A DNA stretch of 60,969 nucleotides from Candidatus Moraniibacteriota bacterium (GCA_041583775.1 JBFHFF010000008.1:1-60969); one strand, 5' to 3'; counted from the first letter of the stretch, positions 35,945 through 47,309 are shown. A program made the numbers and translations. The notes: generated by a model from the letters alone, not told the origin.

Positions 35945-36394
35945 CTATTTATTTGAAATGTTCATATTACCCATTCCTCTAGGTCGATATTTCTTTGCCA
36001 CCCTAATTCGTGCTAATTGTTTTTCAATATTTGAAACCACACTTGCAAATTGCTCTTCATCTTCACGCATTCTCAAGTCTTGTTTCATCTCTTCAGCTCT
36101 TCTCCTTGCCTCCTCAGCACGCTCCAAATCAATCTCATCTGCTCTCTCTGCGGTATCGGCTAAAATTGTGAGTTCGTTATCATGAAATTCCAAAAAACCT
36201 CCTGAGGTCGCTAAATAGATTACCTCTTTCTTTTGTCTTATCATAATCGCTCCAGATCTAACAACACTGAGAAATGGAATGTGATCTGGCAAAATTGTAA
36301 CCTCCCCTGCTGCAGTTGGAATTGTGACTTGATCCACTTCTTTTTCCACCACAACGCGTTCTGGTGTGATAACTTTGAATTTGAGAATTTTCAT
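35945..36394 (-). CDS. atpC: F1 ATP synthase epsilon subunit
   Basis: MKILKFKVITPERVVVEKEVDQVTIPTAAGEVTILPDHIP. Last gene of the atp operon. Confidence 0.9.
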   Translation of the reverse strand: MKILKFKVITPERVVVEKEVDQVTIPTAAGEVTILPDHIPFLSVVRSGAIMIRQKKEVIYLATSGGFLEFHDNELTILADTAERADEIDLERAEEARRRAEEMKQDLRMREDEEQFASVVSNIEKQLARIRVAKKYRPRGMGNMNISNK

Positions 36395-36420
36395 TATTTA
36401 CGCTTTTAATAATTCCAGAT

Positions 36421-37845
<1,425 letters not shown>

Positions 37846-37856
37846 TTATGACAATC

Positions 37857-38822
37857 CTATTCCAATGCAGCTCGCCCCGAAGTAATCTCTGCAATTTCTT
37901 GCGTGATTCCCGTCTGACGAATCTGGTTATATGAATATTGTAATTCTGCCATCATATCAGATGCAGCATCAGAAGCATTTTTCATAGCCAGCATTCTTGC
38001 TGATTCTTTTGAGGCATTTGACTCCAATACGGCATGAAACAACTGAACTTCTACCAACCTTGGTAATAGTTGTTGTAGAACTTCAATTGGCTTTGGTTCA
38101 ATCTTGTATTCAATAATTTCTTCTTCGTCTTTTAAGTCTTTCACATCATCATCTTGATTCATCTCTTCAATTTGCTTCTCAAGATCAATTTTTGAAATTG
38201 GCAAAATTTGTCTTAGTTTTGGCTCTTGAATGGCTGTATTTTTGAAATCAGTATATGCAACCAAAACTTTGTCATATTTTCCTTCTATATAATCATCAAT
38301 CACGATTCTTGCTAAAGCCCTGACATTTTCAACTGACGGAGCGTAGTTCAAGTCATCAAAATTTGCAATAATATTTTTATCTCGATTTGCTAAATAGGTA
38401 AAACCCTTCTTCCCCACTGTAATATAATCGAAGACCAAATCTTCATCTTTCACAGAAGAAACAATTTTTTCATTCTTAATTCTGTTTATTTTTAAAAGCT
38501 TTGGATTCTTAACTTGTTCGGAAATTTTCTTGATTACCTGAGCGTTATAAGCACCACATAATCCTCTGTTCGAAGTAATTAAAACGATTAAAACTTTTCT
38601 AACTTCTCTCACTTCCAAAAGTCCATGTTGCAAATTCCCGAAAGCCTTGGAAAGATTCGTCAAAACTCCCCAAGAAGCGTGAGCATACTCCCTAACTTTC
38701 AATACTTTATCAATCTCTTTTTTCATCTTTGCCGCAGAAACCATTTCCATGGCTCGAGTGATTTTTCGAGTATTTCCAATTGACTTTATTCTTCGTTGTA
38801 TTTCTTTTGAATTGCCTGCCAT
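37857..38822 (-). CDS. atpG: F1 ATP synthase gamma subunit
   Basis: N-terminus IQRRIKSIGNTRKITRAMEMVSAAKM and C-terminus ITQEIAEITSGRAALE. Confidence 0.93.
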   Translation of the reverse strand: MAGNSKEIQRRIKSIGNTRKITRAMEMVSAAKMKKEIDKVLKVREYAHASWGVLTNLSKAFGNLQHGLLEVREVRKVLIVLITSNRGLCGAYNAQVIKKISEQVKNPKLLKINRIKNEKIVSSVKDEDLVFDYITVGKKGFTYLANRDKNIIANFDDLNYAPSVENVRALARIVIDDYIEGKYDKVLVAYTDFKNTAIQEPKLRQILPISKIDLEKQIEEMNQDDDVKDLKDEEEIIEYKIEPKPIEVLQQLLPRLVEVQLFHAVLESNASKESARMLAMKNASDAASDMMAELQYSYNQIRQTGITQEIAEITSGRAALE

Positions 38823-38852
38823 ATTATTGGTGGAAATTAAATTATGCTGTTA

Positions 38853-40463
38853 TTATTCCTCGTTTTTTTTCTCTGCTTCCTCTGAGACCTTCTCCTCTAC
38901 ATCTTTTTCTTCTTCTTTTTCCTCTGTTTCGTTGTCCGAAGGAGCTATTGTGTCCTTCCACTCTGCATTGAAGTCCTTTACTAGAGTTGTTAGTTTCTCC
39001 TCAGTTTCTTCTGAAATATCCTTCTCCTCCTTAATTGTAACGAGAACATCTTTTCCAATCTTTTTCATATAGTCATTAAAACTTGTTTCCCATTCTTTGA
39101 CTCTCTCCACCTCAATTTCATCAATATGTCCTTTGATTAAAGCCCACATAACAGCAACTTGCTCTGCCATTGGCATTGAAGCGTATTGTGTTTGTTTTAA
39201 AATTTCGATTGTTCTATATCCTCTATCGATTTTTTGCTTTGTTCTTTCATCAAGTTCTGAACCAAATTTCGTAAAAGCCTCTAATTCTCTAAACTGTGCT
39301 AATTCCAATTTGATTTTTCCAGCGACCTTCTTCATTGCCTTGGTTTGAGCAGCAGAACCTACACGAGAAACTGAAAGTCCAACATTAATTGCGGGTCGGA
39401 TACCTTGATAGAATAAATCTGATTCCAAGAAAATTTGACCATCAGTAATTGAAATCACATTTGTTGGAATAAACGCTGAAATATCTCCAGCCTGAGTTTC
39501 AATTATTGGAAGTGCTGTCATTGATCCACCACCATTTTCTTTGTTCAATTTTGCGCTTCTTTCCAAAAGTCTTGAGTGTAAGTAAAAAACATCTCCAGGA
39601 TAAGCTTCTCTACCCGGTGGACGCTTTAATAACAATGAAATTTGTCGATATGCCCATGCGTGCTTTGAGAGGTCATCAAAAACAATCAAAACATCTTTAC
39701 CTTGATCCATAAAATACTCACCAATCGCACATCCAGAGTAAGGAGCGATAAATGAAAATGCTGCAGGATCAGAAGAACCAGCAATAACGACAATTGTATG
39801 GTCCATTGCGCCACTCTCTTCCAGCTTTCCAACGATTTGAGCAATCTTAGATTTTTTTTGCCCGATTGCAACATAAATACAAATGACATCCTCTCCTTTT
39901 TGATTGATAATTGCATCAATTGCGATAGCAGTTTTTCCAGTTTGTCGATCACCAATAATCAACTCTCGTTGTCCTTTCCCAATCGGAATCATTGCATCAA
40001 TAGATTTTAAACCAGTTTGTAGCGGTTGATTCACTCCAGCTCGAGTCATTACTCCAGGAGCAATTTTTTCAATTGGATAGTAATTGTCAGATTTAATTTG
40101 TTCTCCTCCATCAATCGTCTTTCCAATTGGATCAACAACTCGCCCAATCATCTCATCTGAAACTGGAATTGAAAGAATCTTTCCAGTAGCTGAAACTTTA
40201 GTCCCCTCTTTTACTCTGAAAACCTCTCCAATAACAATAACTCCGATGCTTCCGTCTTCAAGGTTCAATGCTACCCCAAAAAGATCATCCCCTTCTTCTG
40301 TTTCAAATTTTACCATCTCAGACATCATCAAGTCATCCAATCCAGCAACCTTTGCTACACCATCTCCAACTTCCAAAACTTTTCCGACTTTTTTCAAATC
40401 AGAAGATGTGTCAATTCCTGCAATTTGCTTTTTGAGCTCATCAATTATGTGATCTTTATTCAT
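38853..40463 (-). CDS. atpA: F1 ATP synthase alpha subunit with an extra acidic C-terminal tail
   Basis: Walker [10 protein letters not shown]. 536 aa, with a tail ...[28 protein letters not shown]. Confidence 0.97.
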   Translation of the reverse strand: MNKDHIIDELKKQIAGIDTSSDLKKVGKVLEVGDGVAKVAGLDDLMMSEMVKFETEEGDDLFGVALNLEDGSIGVIVIGEVFRVKEGTKVSATGKILSIPVSDEMIGRVVDPIGKTIDGGEQIKSDNYYPIEKIAPGVMTRAGVNQPLQTGLKSIDAMIPIGKGQRELIIGDRQTGKTAIAIDAIINQKGEDVICIYVAIGQKKSKIAQIVGKLEESGAMDHTIVVIAGSSDPAAFSFIAPYSGCAIGEYFMDQGKDVLIVFDDLSKHAWAYRQISLLLKRPPGREAYPGDVFYLHSRLLERSAKLNKENGGGSMTALPIIETQAGDISAFIPTNVISITDGQIFLESDLFYQGIRPAINVGLSVSRVGSAAQTKAMKKVAGKIKLELAQFRELEAFTKFGSELDERTKQKIDRGYRTIEILKQTQYASMPMAEQVAVMWALIKGHIDEIEVERVKEWETSFNDYMKKIGKDVLVTIKEEKDISEETEEKLTTLVKDFNAEWKDTIAPSDNETEEKEEEKDVEEKVSEEAEKKNEE

Positions 40464-40489
40464 CTCTTTAAAAATATTTATAAGTTATT

Positions 40490-40897
40490 TTATGATAAGG
40501 CATTTGCCAACTTGTCTAATTTAGATTTCAAACTTCCTATGATAATTTGATTGTCTATTTGAATGTCTATTCCGCCAACTAAAGAAGAATCAACTTTTTT
40601 CTCCAACTCGATTAAATCCTCTTTAACCTCCATTTTCTTAACCACCATTGCAATAACTGCTTGTTCTTCTGAAGCTGAGAGTTCTTTAGAGCTACTTATT
40701 TTCACATTCACAACCCCCTTGGCCTTTTTTATTAGCAATTCAAACTGCTCTACTATTGCATCAAATTTGACTTGATCATTGTTTTGCACAATCAGTTTTG
40801 CCAAATTAACAATCTCTTTTTGTTGCTGTGCCTCATCCTTTTCTCCTTCGAGAATGAATTGTGCTAATTGAGCGTATTGTATTGGTTGAATTTTCAT
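40490..40897 (-). CDS. atpH: F1 ATP synthase delta (OSCP) subunit, short form
   Basis: Sits between atpF and atpA. C-terminus ...LVGGIDIQIDNQIIIGSLKSKLDKL is typical. Only 135 aa. Confidence 0.8.
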   Translation of the reverse strand: MKIQPIQYAQLAQFILEGEKDEAQQQKEIVNLAKLIVQNNDQVKFDAIVEQFELLIKKAKGVVNVKISSSKELSASEEQAVIAMVVKKMEVKEDLIELEKKVDSSLVGGIDIQIDNQIIIGSLKSKLDKLANALS

Positions 40898-40915
40898 TAA
40901 TTTTTTTCTTTCGAA

Positions 40916-41416
40916 TTAATTTCCCGCTTCCTGAATCGTCTTTGCAATCAATTTTGCATTTTTATCTTCGTCGATCTCTTCACCAATGATTTTTGTTGTC
41001 GCTGCAATCACAAGCGTTCCAATTTCTTTTTTAACTTCAACAATCATCTTTTCTTTCTCATTTTTAATCTGCTCTTTTGCTTGCTCCACAACTTTCTCTG
41101 ACTCAACCCTTGCTTGATCAACTATCTCCCCTTTGCTTTTCTCAGCTTGCAATTGAGCATCTTCAATAATTTGTCTTGCTTCTTTTTTTGCTTGCAAAAT
41201 TTTATCTTCTCTTTCTTTCGCAGCCGCTGCTAATTTTTCTCCAGCACTTTTTGCGTCCTCTAAACCTTTCTCGATAAGTTTACTTCGTGCGTCCATATGT
41301 TTTACCATTGGACCATAGGCAAATTTATAAAGCACTCCCAAAATAATAGCAAAGTTAACCGCCTGAGCTATTAGCATTTTGTAATCAACATGAAATGTTT
41401 CGATGATCTCGTTCAT
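40916..41416 (-). CDS. atpF: Fo ATP synthase b subunit
   Basis: Single N-terminal TM, then a long charged helix. Operon position agrees. Confidence 0.85.
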   Translation of the reverse strand: MNEIIETFHVDYKMLIAQAVNFAIILGVLYKFAYGPMVKHMDARSKLIEKGLEDAKSAGEKLAAAAKEREDKILQAKKEARQIIEDAQLQAEKSKGEIVDQARVESEKVVEQAKEQIKNEKEKMIVEVKKEIGTLVIAATTKIIGEEIDEDKNAKLIAKTIQEAGN

Positions 41417-41499
41417 AAATTATAGTTCTTTTAGTTTAATAATCCAAACATGAAAGTATTTATTAGAAGACCTCCGAAGAGGTCCAAAATAAACGCTTT

Positions 41500-41760
<261 letters not shown>

Positions 41761-41904
41761 CTATTTAGAAGATTGTGTGTTCATAAATTAACAACAAATC
41801 TCTTAAATAAACTTTGATTTAAAAATAATTATTTAATTAAATTCGGCCTTTTTAAAGACTTCAGATGAAAGCTCCTTTGCTCTTATCTCAAGCCTCTAAA
41901 GTTT

Positions 41905-42744
41905 CTAATGCTCATGACTTGCAGTTGACATTGACACAAAAACCAAAACCAAAATCGCAAACACTAGAGCCTGAATAAAACCAACGAAAATCTCCATAAA
42001 AATGAATGGCAATGGCAAAAAGAAGGCAGCGATTGCCATCATAGATGCCAACAATACTTCTCCTGCAAAAACATTTCCAAATAATCGAAAAGAAAGCGAA
42101 GCTATTTTTGCAAACTCTGCAACAATTTCCAAAAATCCCACCATTACCTGAATTGGGTTAATAAATAACACCGTTGGATCTTTCTTGAATTTCTTTGGAA
42201 TTTCCATTAATGCTTTGAAGTTGATGAATCTGTTGAGATAGGTCCAAAAACCAACAGAAATGACTCCCAAGATATGTGAAACCACCACAGAAATAAGTGC
42301 TAAAGCCAATGTTAAGTTTAAATCAGCAGTTCCACCACGAAAAAAGGGAACGAACATTTTGCTTCCCTCGTGCCCCTCAATAAAACCAATTGTACCAACG
42401 CCTGGAATCAATCCTAGCCAGTTATTGATTAGGATAAAAAGGAAAAGAGCTAAAACTAAAGGCAAAAATTTACTAGACTTCTTTCGATCACCAGTAATTG
42501 AATCAGCCAATTTCAAAGACTCTTCTAAGATAATCTCAAAAATATTTTGAAATCCTTTTGGGACTTGCTTCATTTTTCTGCCAACAACAACAAAAAAAAC
42601 GACAAGGATTATCAATGTCGCAGTACTATTCAATAGAGCATTTGTCACAGAAAAACCAGCTATTTCAAAAACTGGCTCAGCGTATAAAGTATTTTCGTGT
42701 TGGATTTCTTCTGTTGTGCTTTCCAAGTTACTTCCGTTGTTCAT
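41905..42744 (-). CDS. atpB: Fo ATP synthase a subunit
   Basis: Conserved Arg block SLSFRLFGNVFAGE. Confidence 0.93.
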   Translation of the reverse strand: MNNGSNLESTTEEIQHENTLYAEPVFEIAGFSVTNALLNSTATLIILVVFFVVVGRKMKQVPKGFQNIFEIILEESLKLADSITGDRKKSSKFLPLVLALFLFILINNWLGLIPGVGTIGFIEGHEGSKMFVPFFRGGTADLNLTLALALISVVVSHILGVISVGFWTYLNRFINFKALMEIPKKFKKDPTVLFINPIQVMVGFLEIVAEFAKIASLSFRLFGNVFAGEVLLASMMAIAAFFLPLPFIFMEIFVGFIQALVFAILVLVFVSMSTASHEH

Positions 42745-42827
42745 CTTTATATTTTGACTAACAAACTGAATTAAGTATCATCCTTTCGCTCAATCTACTT
42801 CACTTTTATTTGTAAACTATTTCTTAC

Positions 42828-43136
42828 TTACCTTTTTTCTTCTTTTTCAACTTTATTATTTTCGACTTCCGATTTCTTCTCTTTTCCTATTTTATCCATT
42901 TCTTTAATAGCCCTTTTACTCTCGACTATCAATCCTATCATCGAAAAAACAAAAGCAATTCCAATTAGAATTACTGTGAACTTAGATTCCGTTCCTATCT
43001 TTTTATCCAGCCATTTGCCAAAGAATATTGAAGCCAAAACTGGCGCTACAATCCAGATGTTTAATTTAAAAAATAAACCTAAACCCATATCAGTCAGCAC
43101 TGAATTTCCTTCTTTTTTCTGCTGCGATTTATTCAT
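42828..43136 (-). CDS. AtpZ/AtpI-like small membrane protein
   Basis: First gene of the atp operon. 102 aa with two TM helices; GLGLFFKLNIWIVAPVLASIFFGKWLD is AtpZ-like. Confidence 0.6.
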   Translation of the reverse strand: MNKSQQKKEGNSVLTDMGLGLFFKLNIWIVAPVLASIFFGKWLDKKIGTESKFTVILIGIAFVFSMIGLIVESKRAIKEMDKIGKEKKSEVENNKVEKEEKR

Positions 43137-43180
43137 ATATACAGGTTGATAGAACGCTAAATTTCTCCTTTCACAAAGAT

Positions 43181-43208
43181 ATTATATATCAGATTGTATA
43201 GATGTCAA
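43181..43208 (-). promoter_or_regulatory. Consensus sigma-70 promoter of the atp operon
   Basis: Minus strand reads TTGACA (rc of 43203-43208), 16 nt, then TATAAT (rc of 43181-43186). Confidence 0.6.
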
Positions 43209-43241
43209 TAGTTTACGACAAAAAAATTTATTTTATGCATC

Positions 43242-43290
43242 AAAAAATATAAAAGAAGCCCATTGAACAATAATTATTGTCCAATGGGCG
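43242..43290 (-). terminator. Intrinsic terminator of the Cys-rich gene
   Basis: rc: GCCCATTGGACAATAATTATTGTTCAATGGGC followed by TTCTTTTATATTTTTT. Confidence 0.75.
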
Positions 43291-43309
43291 CTAATTCTCA
43301 ATCGTCATT

Positions 43310-43549
43310 TTAGTGATAGGCCTCGTATTGAGACCTCCTAGACTTTTTTGATTGAAATGCTTTTTTTAACTGACAAGAAATACAGCTAATTTCACCTTTT
43401 TCGCGCAGAACTATGGTATTTGGTTTTTTGCACCTCTCGTCGCAATTGTGGGAAGAGCAAAAAAGACTGCTTCCAGAATTAAAATCCCAGCAACATTGGA
43501 TTTCACCACAAACCTTACAGCCAAAAACCGTTATAATTTCATCTTTCAT
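43310..43549 (-). CDS. Small cysteine-rich (zinc-ribbon-like) protein
   Basis: 79 aa with 10 Cys (CKVCGEIQCC...CSSHNCDERC...CISC). AGGAG lies 6 nt upstream of the ATG. It has its own TTGACA-17-TATAAA promoter and terminator. Confidence 0.6.
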   Translation of the reverse strand: MKDEIITVFGCKVCGEIQCCWDFNSGSSLFCSSHNCDERCKKPNTIVLREKGEISCISCQLKKAFQSKKSRRSQYEAYH

Positions 43550-43708
43550 CAGCTTCTCCTGTTTGTTCTAGAACAAAAAAGAACCTTTACCTTAATTTTT
43601 TTATATAATAAAAATAAAAAAATGTCAATTATTTCCATTTAAAAAACAGGGATCCTGACACCCAGAAAAATTCCCTGTTTAAAAAATAACAACCCTTTTA
43701 AAATCTGA

Positions 43709-44851
43709 TTATTCCCCAATTTCAGCCGTTGATTTTTGCCCCAAAATAAGAAGTTCTTCGGCAATTCTCTCGGTAGCATCTGGAAAATAGAATTTTTTAA
43801 TATTTTCTTGCATTTTTCTTTTTATCTCTTGATCATTGATAATCTGATCAATATTATGCAAAAGAATATGTTCTTGGAAGTTCGATTCTTCAATTGCCAC
43901 GGCACCGCCAGCCTTAGAAACTTCATAAGCGTTTATTCGCTGATGATTGTTGGCACTTCTTGTGATGGGCACCAAAATACTTGGCTTTCCATTGGCTGCA
44001 ATTTCAGAAATTGCAGTTCCTCCAGCGCGAGATACTACAACCTCAGAAAGTGCAAAAATATCCTTTAATTCTTTGCCAATAAATGCAATTGGATAATAAT
44101 CTGAATGTCCAATTTTATAACCCTGTTTCTGAGCCCAAGCAGCAATAAATTCATAATGAGATTTCCCTGTTTGATGTACTACTTGATATTTTTTCAACAA
44201 TTCTGGCAGAATCAACATCACTCGCTCGTTAATAACTTGAGCCCCTAAAGAACCTCCCATAAAGAAAATTATTGGTTTGACTTCTTTGTGTAGATTCAAA
44301 AATTCTCTACCCTTTGCAGCATCACCGCCAATCGCATCAGGCTTCACGGGAATTCCAACTAATACTGTTTTTGAAGAAGGGAAATACATCCTTGATCTTT
44401 CAAATGTAATCATCACTCGGTTGGCGATTGAGCCCAGAAATTTATTTGCCAAACCAGGAATTGCATCAGATTCATGAATTAGCACTGGTATGTTATATAG
44501 CCTTGCTGCAATCACAACTGGAACAGAAGCAAATCCACCCTTAGCAAAAACAACATCTGGTGTATACCAAAATAAAATCCACAATGATTGCAAAACACCT
44601 ATTGGCATTTTAAAAATATCCAGAAAATACTTTGCAGTTAGGTAGCGATGTAATTTTCCAGTCAAAATTGTTTTCTGTGGAATTTCACTATCACTCATTG
44701 CTGTTTTTTCCATCTTCCCTTTTGGTCCGATATATAAAAATTCAGCACCACCTCTTATCATCAACTTCTCCTCCATATACTTTGCAACCGTAATCAAAGG
44801 AAAAAGATGACCACCAGTTCCACCTCCTGCTAATACTACTCTTAAAGACAT
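43709..44851 (-). CDS. murG: UDP-GlcNAc:undecaprenyl-PP-MurNAc-pentapeptide GlcNAc transferase
   Basis: VVLAGGGTGGHLFPLITVA N-terminal G-loop. 380 aa, GT28 layout. Confidence 0.92.
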   Translation of the reverse strand: MSLRVVLAGGGTGGHLFPLITVAKYMEEKLMIRGGAEFLYIGPKGKMEKTAMSDSEIPQKTILTGKLHRYLTAKYFLDIFKMPIGVLQSLWILFWYTPDVVFAKGGFASVPVVIAARLYNIPVLIHESDAIPGLANKFLGSIANRVMITFERSRMYFPSSKTVLVGIPVKPDAIGGDAAKGREFLNLHKEVKPIIFFMGGSLGAQVINERVMLILPELLKKYQVVHQTGKSHYEFIAAWAQKQGYKIGHSDYYPIAFIGKELKDIFALSEVVVSRAGGTAISEIAANGKPSILVPITRSANNHQRINAYEVSKAGGAVAIEESNFQEHILLHNIDQIINDQEIKRKMQENIKKFYFPDATERIAEELLILGQKSTAEIGE

Positions 44852-45014
44852 TGTGATATTTTTATTTGTTTATATTTTTCAAAACCTCAAAAAGATTTTT
44901 TTAGTTAGTTTGATTATAACAAATCCAAAGAAAATAAAAAAGTATAGAACGGAATCAGAGAAACCATATCAAACTTATTGATAATCAGAGTATTAGCATT
45001 ATCTTTTTATGAAT

Positions 45015-45734
45015 TTAAAAAAATCTATTTACACCAACTTCCCAAACCAACCTAACTCCTCTTGAAAAAACCACCGAACTAATATTGAGAAAAATTACTA
45101 GATATAAAAGCTTGCTACTAATTGAAGAAAATATATATCTTTGCCTTACGGCAATAAATAAAAGAGCTAGTGCAATTGGCAACATAGCGTCTGTATCAAA
45201 AACCAAAAAAGGAAATCTCAAAAGATCTGGCAGAAGGTTGAATGCATCGAAATGGACAAGTATTTGAACTGCTAAAATAAATGCAGAATATATCAGAGTT
45301 TTGCTTACAATATTGAAGTCTGCCTGAAATCGCAACTGATCGGATAACTCTTTAAATGCACTCTTTTTTCCTTTTATGTGTTGGAAAAATTCAACAATCC
45401 CCACTAAAAATGTTAATGGCAAAAGAATAATCGAAAATGTCAGCACATACAATAGCCTCCAACCCACACAAAAATTCTCCATTATTGATGGAATTTTGAC
45501 GCTACAAACAGAAATACTAGTTTCTCCAAAAGCAATATAACAAAACAAAAGAACAATTAGAGATGATGTGAGCAAGAAAGAAGTCCAAGCCGGAAATTGC
45601 CAATTTCCAAGACTAATTTTGGTCCCAGTAATGTTGAAATCAATTTTTTCAATGTCTTTTTCCATACCCTTAAGCTGTTGTATTCTAGCTTTTCTGAGCT
45701 CCAACTCCTCCCCTCTTAGTTCATTAAGTCTCAT
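45015..45734 (-). CDS. Hypothetical membrane protein (N-terminal coiled segment, then ~5 TM)
   Basis: 239-aa ORF with no recognised motif. Confidence 0.5.
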   Translation of the reverse strand: MRLNELRGEELELRKARIQQLKGMEKDIEKIDFNITGTKISLGNWQFPAWTSFLLTSSLIVLLFCYIAFGETSISVCSVKIPSIMENFCVGWRLLYVLTFSIILLPLTFLVGIVEFFQHIKGKKSAFKELSDQLRFQADFNIVSKTLIYSAFILAVQILVHFDAFNLLPDLLRFPFLVFDTDAMLPIALALLFIAVRQRYIFSSISSKLLYLVIFLNISSVVFSRGVRLVWEVGVNRFF

Positions 45735-45937
45735 AATTTTATGTTTTTATTATATGATATTGCTCAAATTTCTTTAAGTATAGCACAATCGAATTTAGTC
45801 TGAAAATTTTTAACCCTAAACAGCTATTTACAAAATGTAAAAAATAATGTATAAAAATAAGTTAAAGTACATTTTACAAACACGCGAATTAAGAAGCATA
45901 ATCTTATTTGTTATCAAGAACTGCCGAGGAGGCTCTG

Positions 45938-46417
45938 ATGAAAAAAAATGATGATGCCGAAAGAAGTTCTCTCAAATCAAGTTTATTAGAAATCTTAAAG
46001 AATGTTCTAGAAATAGAGTCCATTCGGACAGAGAGGGAGGAATTTGTCGTATCGAGCAACAAGGAAAAACCTGATTACAGAGGGATGATTGAGAGAATCT
46101 CTCTGATAATTGAAAGGACAATTGAAATAGGGAATGGCTTAGCGGAGTCATTGCCAGAAGAAGTTTTAAACAAATATGCAAGATGTCAAAGGCTCGCCCT
46201 TGGCAAACTCCTAAGTGCCGTTCTCACCATCTTAGATTTTTTGAAAGAAAATCTAAGAATCAACAACCCAGGAAAAGAAGAAGAATATAACTTCTATAAC
46301 AAAAAATTCTTAGATATTGGAGCCTTTGTTATGATAATTTTAAAATTCTTGAATGCATTATTTGAAATTCAAGAAAAAATTTCAAATGAGCAGAAAGAAG
46401 GGGAAAGAAAAAACTGA
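45938..46417 (+). CDS. Hypothetical helical protein
   Basis: GAGGAGG lies upstream of MKKNDDAERSS.... The track start 45908 is a TTG. Confidence 0.5.
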   Translation: MKKNDDAERSSLKSSLLEILKNVLEIESIRTEREEFVVSSNKEKPDYRGMIERISLIIERTIEIGNGLAESLPEEVLNKYARCQRLALGKLLSAVLTILDFLKENLRINNPGKEEEYNFYNKKFLDIGAFVMIILKFLNALFEIQEKISNEQKEGERKN

Positions 46418-46492
46418 AAATTATTATAACACTTAAAAAAGGGGGAGTCCAAAAACTGGACACCCCTTTAAAAATGATTTTTTCTTTTTTTA

Positions 46493-46795
46493 CTATCCCA
46501 CAAACCCCATTGAGGACCTTTCCTCGCCTTTCACTTCTTTAATTTTTCCAAATTTATCTTCATATTTCTTCAAATTATCTTTCATAGCACCGATCATTCG
46601 CTTGAAATGCGAAGGTGAAATAATCACCCTCGAATTAAGCGTACCTGTTGGGGGGAAAATATTCAAAAAATCCAAAACAAATTCTTCTTTTGTGTGCATA
46701 ATTTGAGCATTGTTGGAATATTTTCCTTTTAAATCTTCGTCACTGGCTTTAATTTGGATTTGTTGTGATTGGTTTTGTTGTTGTTGATTGTTCAT
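46493..46795 (-). CDS. DUF3467 domain protein
   Basis: Q-rich N-terminus, then YSNNAQIMHTKEEFVLDFLNIFPPTGTLNSRVIISPSHFKRM, typical of DUF3467. Confidence 0.7.
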   Translation of the reverse strand: MNNQQQQNQSQQIQIKASDEDLKGKYSNNAQIMHTKEEFVLDFLNIFPPTGTLNSRVIISPSHFKRMIGAMKDNLKKYEDKFGKIKEVKGEERSSMGFVG

Positions 46796-46821
46796 TTTTT
46801 TGTGGTTGTTTGTTATTAAAA

Positions 46822-47172
46822 GGCATCCTCCAATGTGTCATCCTCGCGAAGACAGGGATCCCATTAGGCTCCATTTAGTAATCTTTGATATAAATCATCC
46901 TAGCTTGGATTCAATTCTTAAATTAAATTAATTTTCAATTGCCTATTCCATTTCTTAAGTTATTTCTCTCTTCTGATTGCAGTATTAATATCACAGCTCT
47001 CATTATAATATACCAATTTATCCAACCCGTATTCACTCGTAAAGCCCTTAACTTTTCTTTCTTTATGTATGTTCGAAAAATCTTCTTAACGAATCATTGG
47101 TGACGCCAACATACAAAATGCCATACATCTGCTCGCTAACTCTTATTATGTAACATACTATATAACAACCAT
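46822..47172 (-). pseudogene. Decayed GIY-YIG (UPF0213-type) nuclease gene
   Basis: Minus strand reads ...YIVCYIIRVSEQMYGILYVGVTNDSLRRFFEH. After a +1 frameshift it continues KERKVKGFTSEYGLDKLVYYNESCDINTAIRREK*LKKWNRQLKINLI*ELNPS*DDLYQRLL. There are at least 3 in-frame stops and no clean start. Confidence 0.7.
46829..46867 (-). repeat. Palindromic REP-like element, copy 2 (3' tail of the GIY-YIG pseudogene)
   Basis: rc: CTAATGGGATCCCTGTCTTCGCGAGGATGACACATTGGA. Aligns with 29235-29273. Confidence 0.7.
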
Positions 47173-47186
47173 TTAACTTAAGGTGC

Positions 47187-47238
47187 CCAACTATTATATT
47201 TTTTAACAGTCTGAAAATTTAAAAAATATAATAGTTGG
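47187..47238. repeat. Perfect 18-bp inverted repeat with a 16-nt loop
   Basis: CCAACTATTATATTTTTT (47187-47204), loop AACAGTCTGAAAATTT, then AAAAAATATAATAGTTGG (47221-47238). Confidence 0.85.
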
Positions 47239-47272
47239 ATACGCCTTCATACTAAATACAAATCCATCACAA

Positions 47273-47294
47273 ACGGGGACATTTCTGCCCCCGT
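47273..47294 (-). terminator. Probable dnaK terminator hairpin
   Basis: ACGGGG-N10-CCCCGT located 16 nt after the dnaK stop. The U-tract is weak. Confidence 0.45.
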
Positions 47295-47309
47295 CTAGAT
47301 AAACTCGAA

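Noticed and set aside
43137-43180. A GGAG ~27 nt upstream of the atpZ-like ATG suggested a different, earlier start.
   Set aside because: No in-frame ATG, GTG or TTG lies at a suitable distance from that GGAG, so I kept the track start at 43136.
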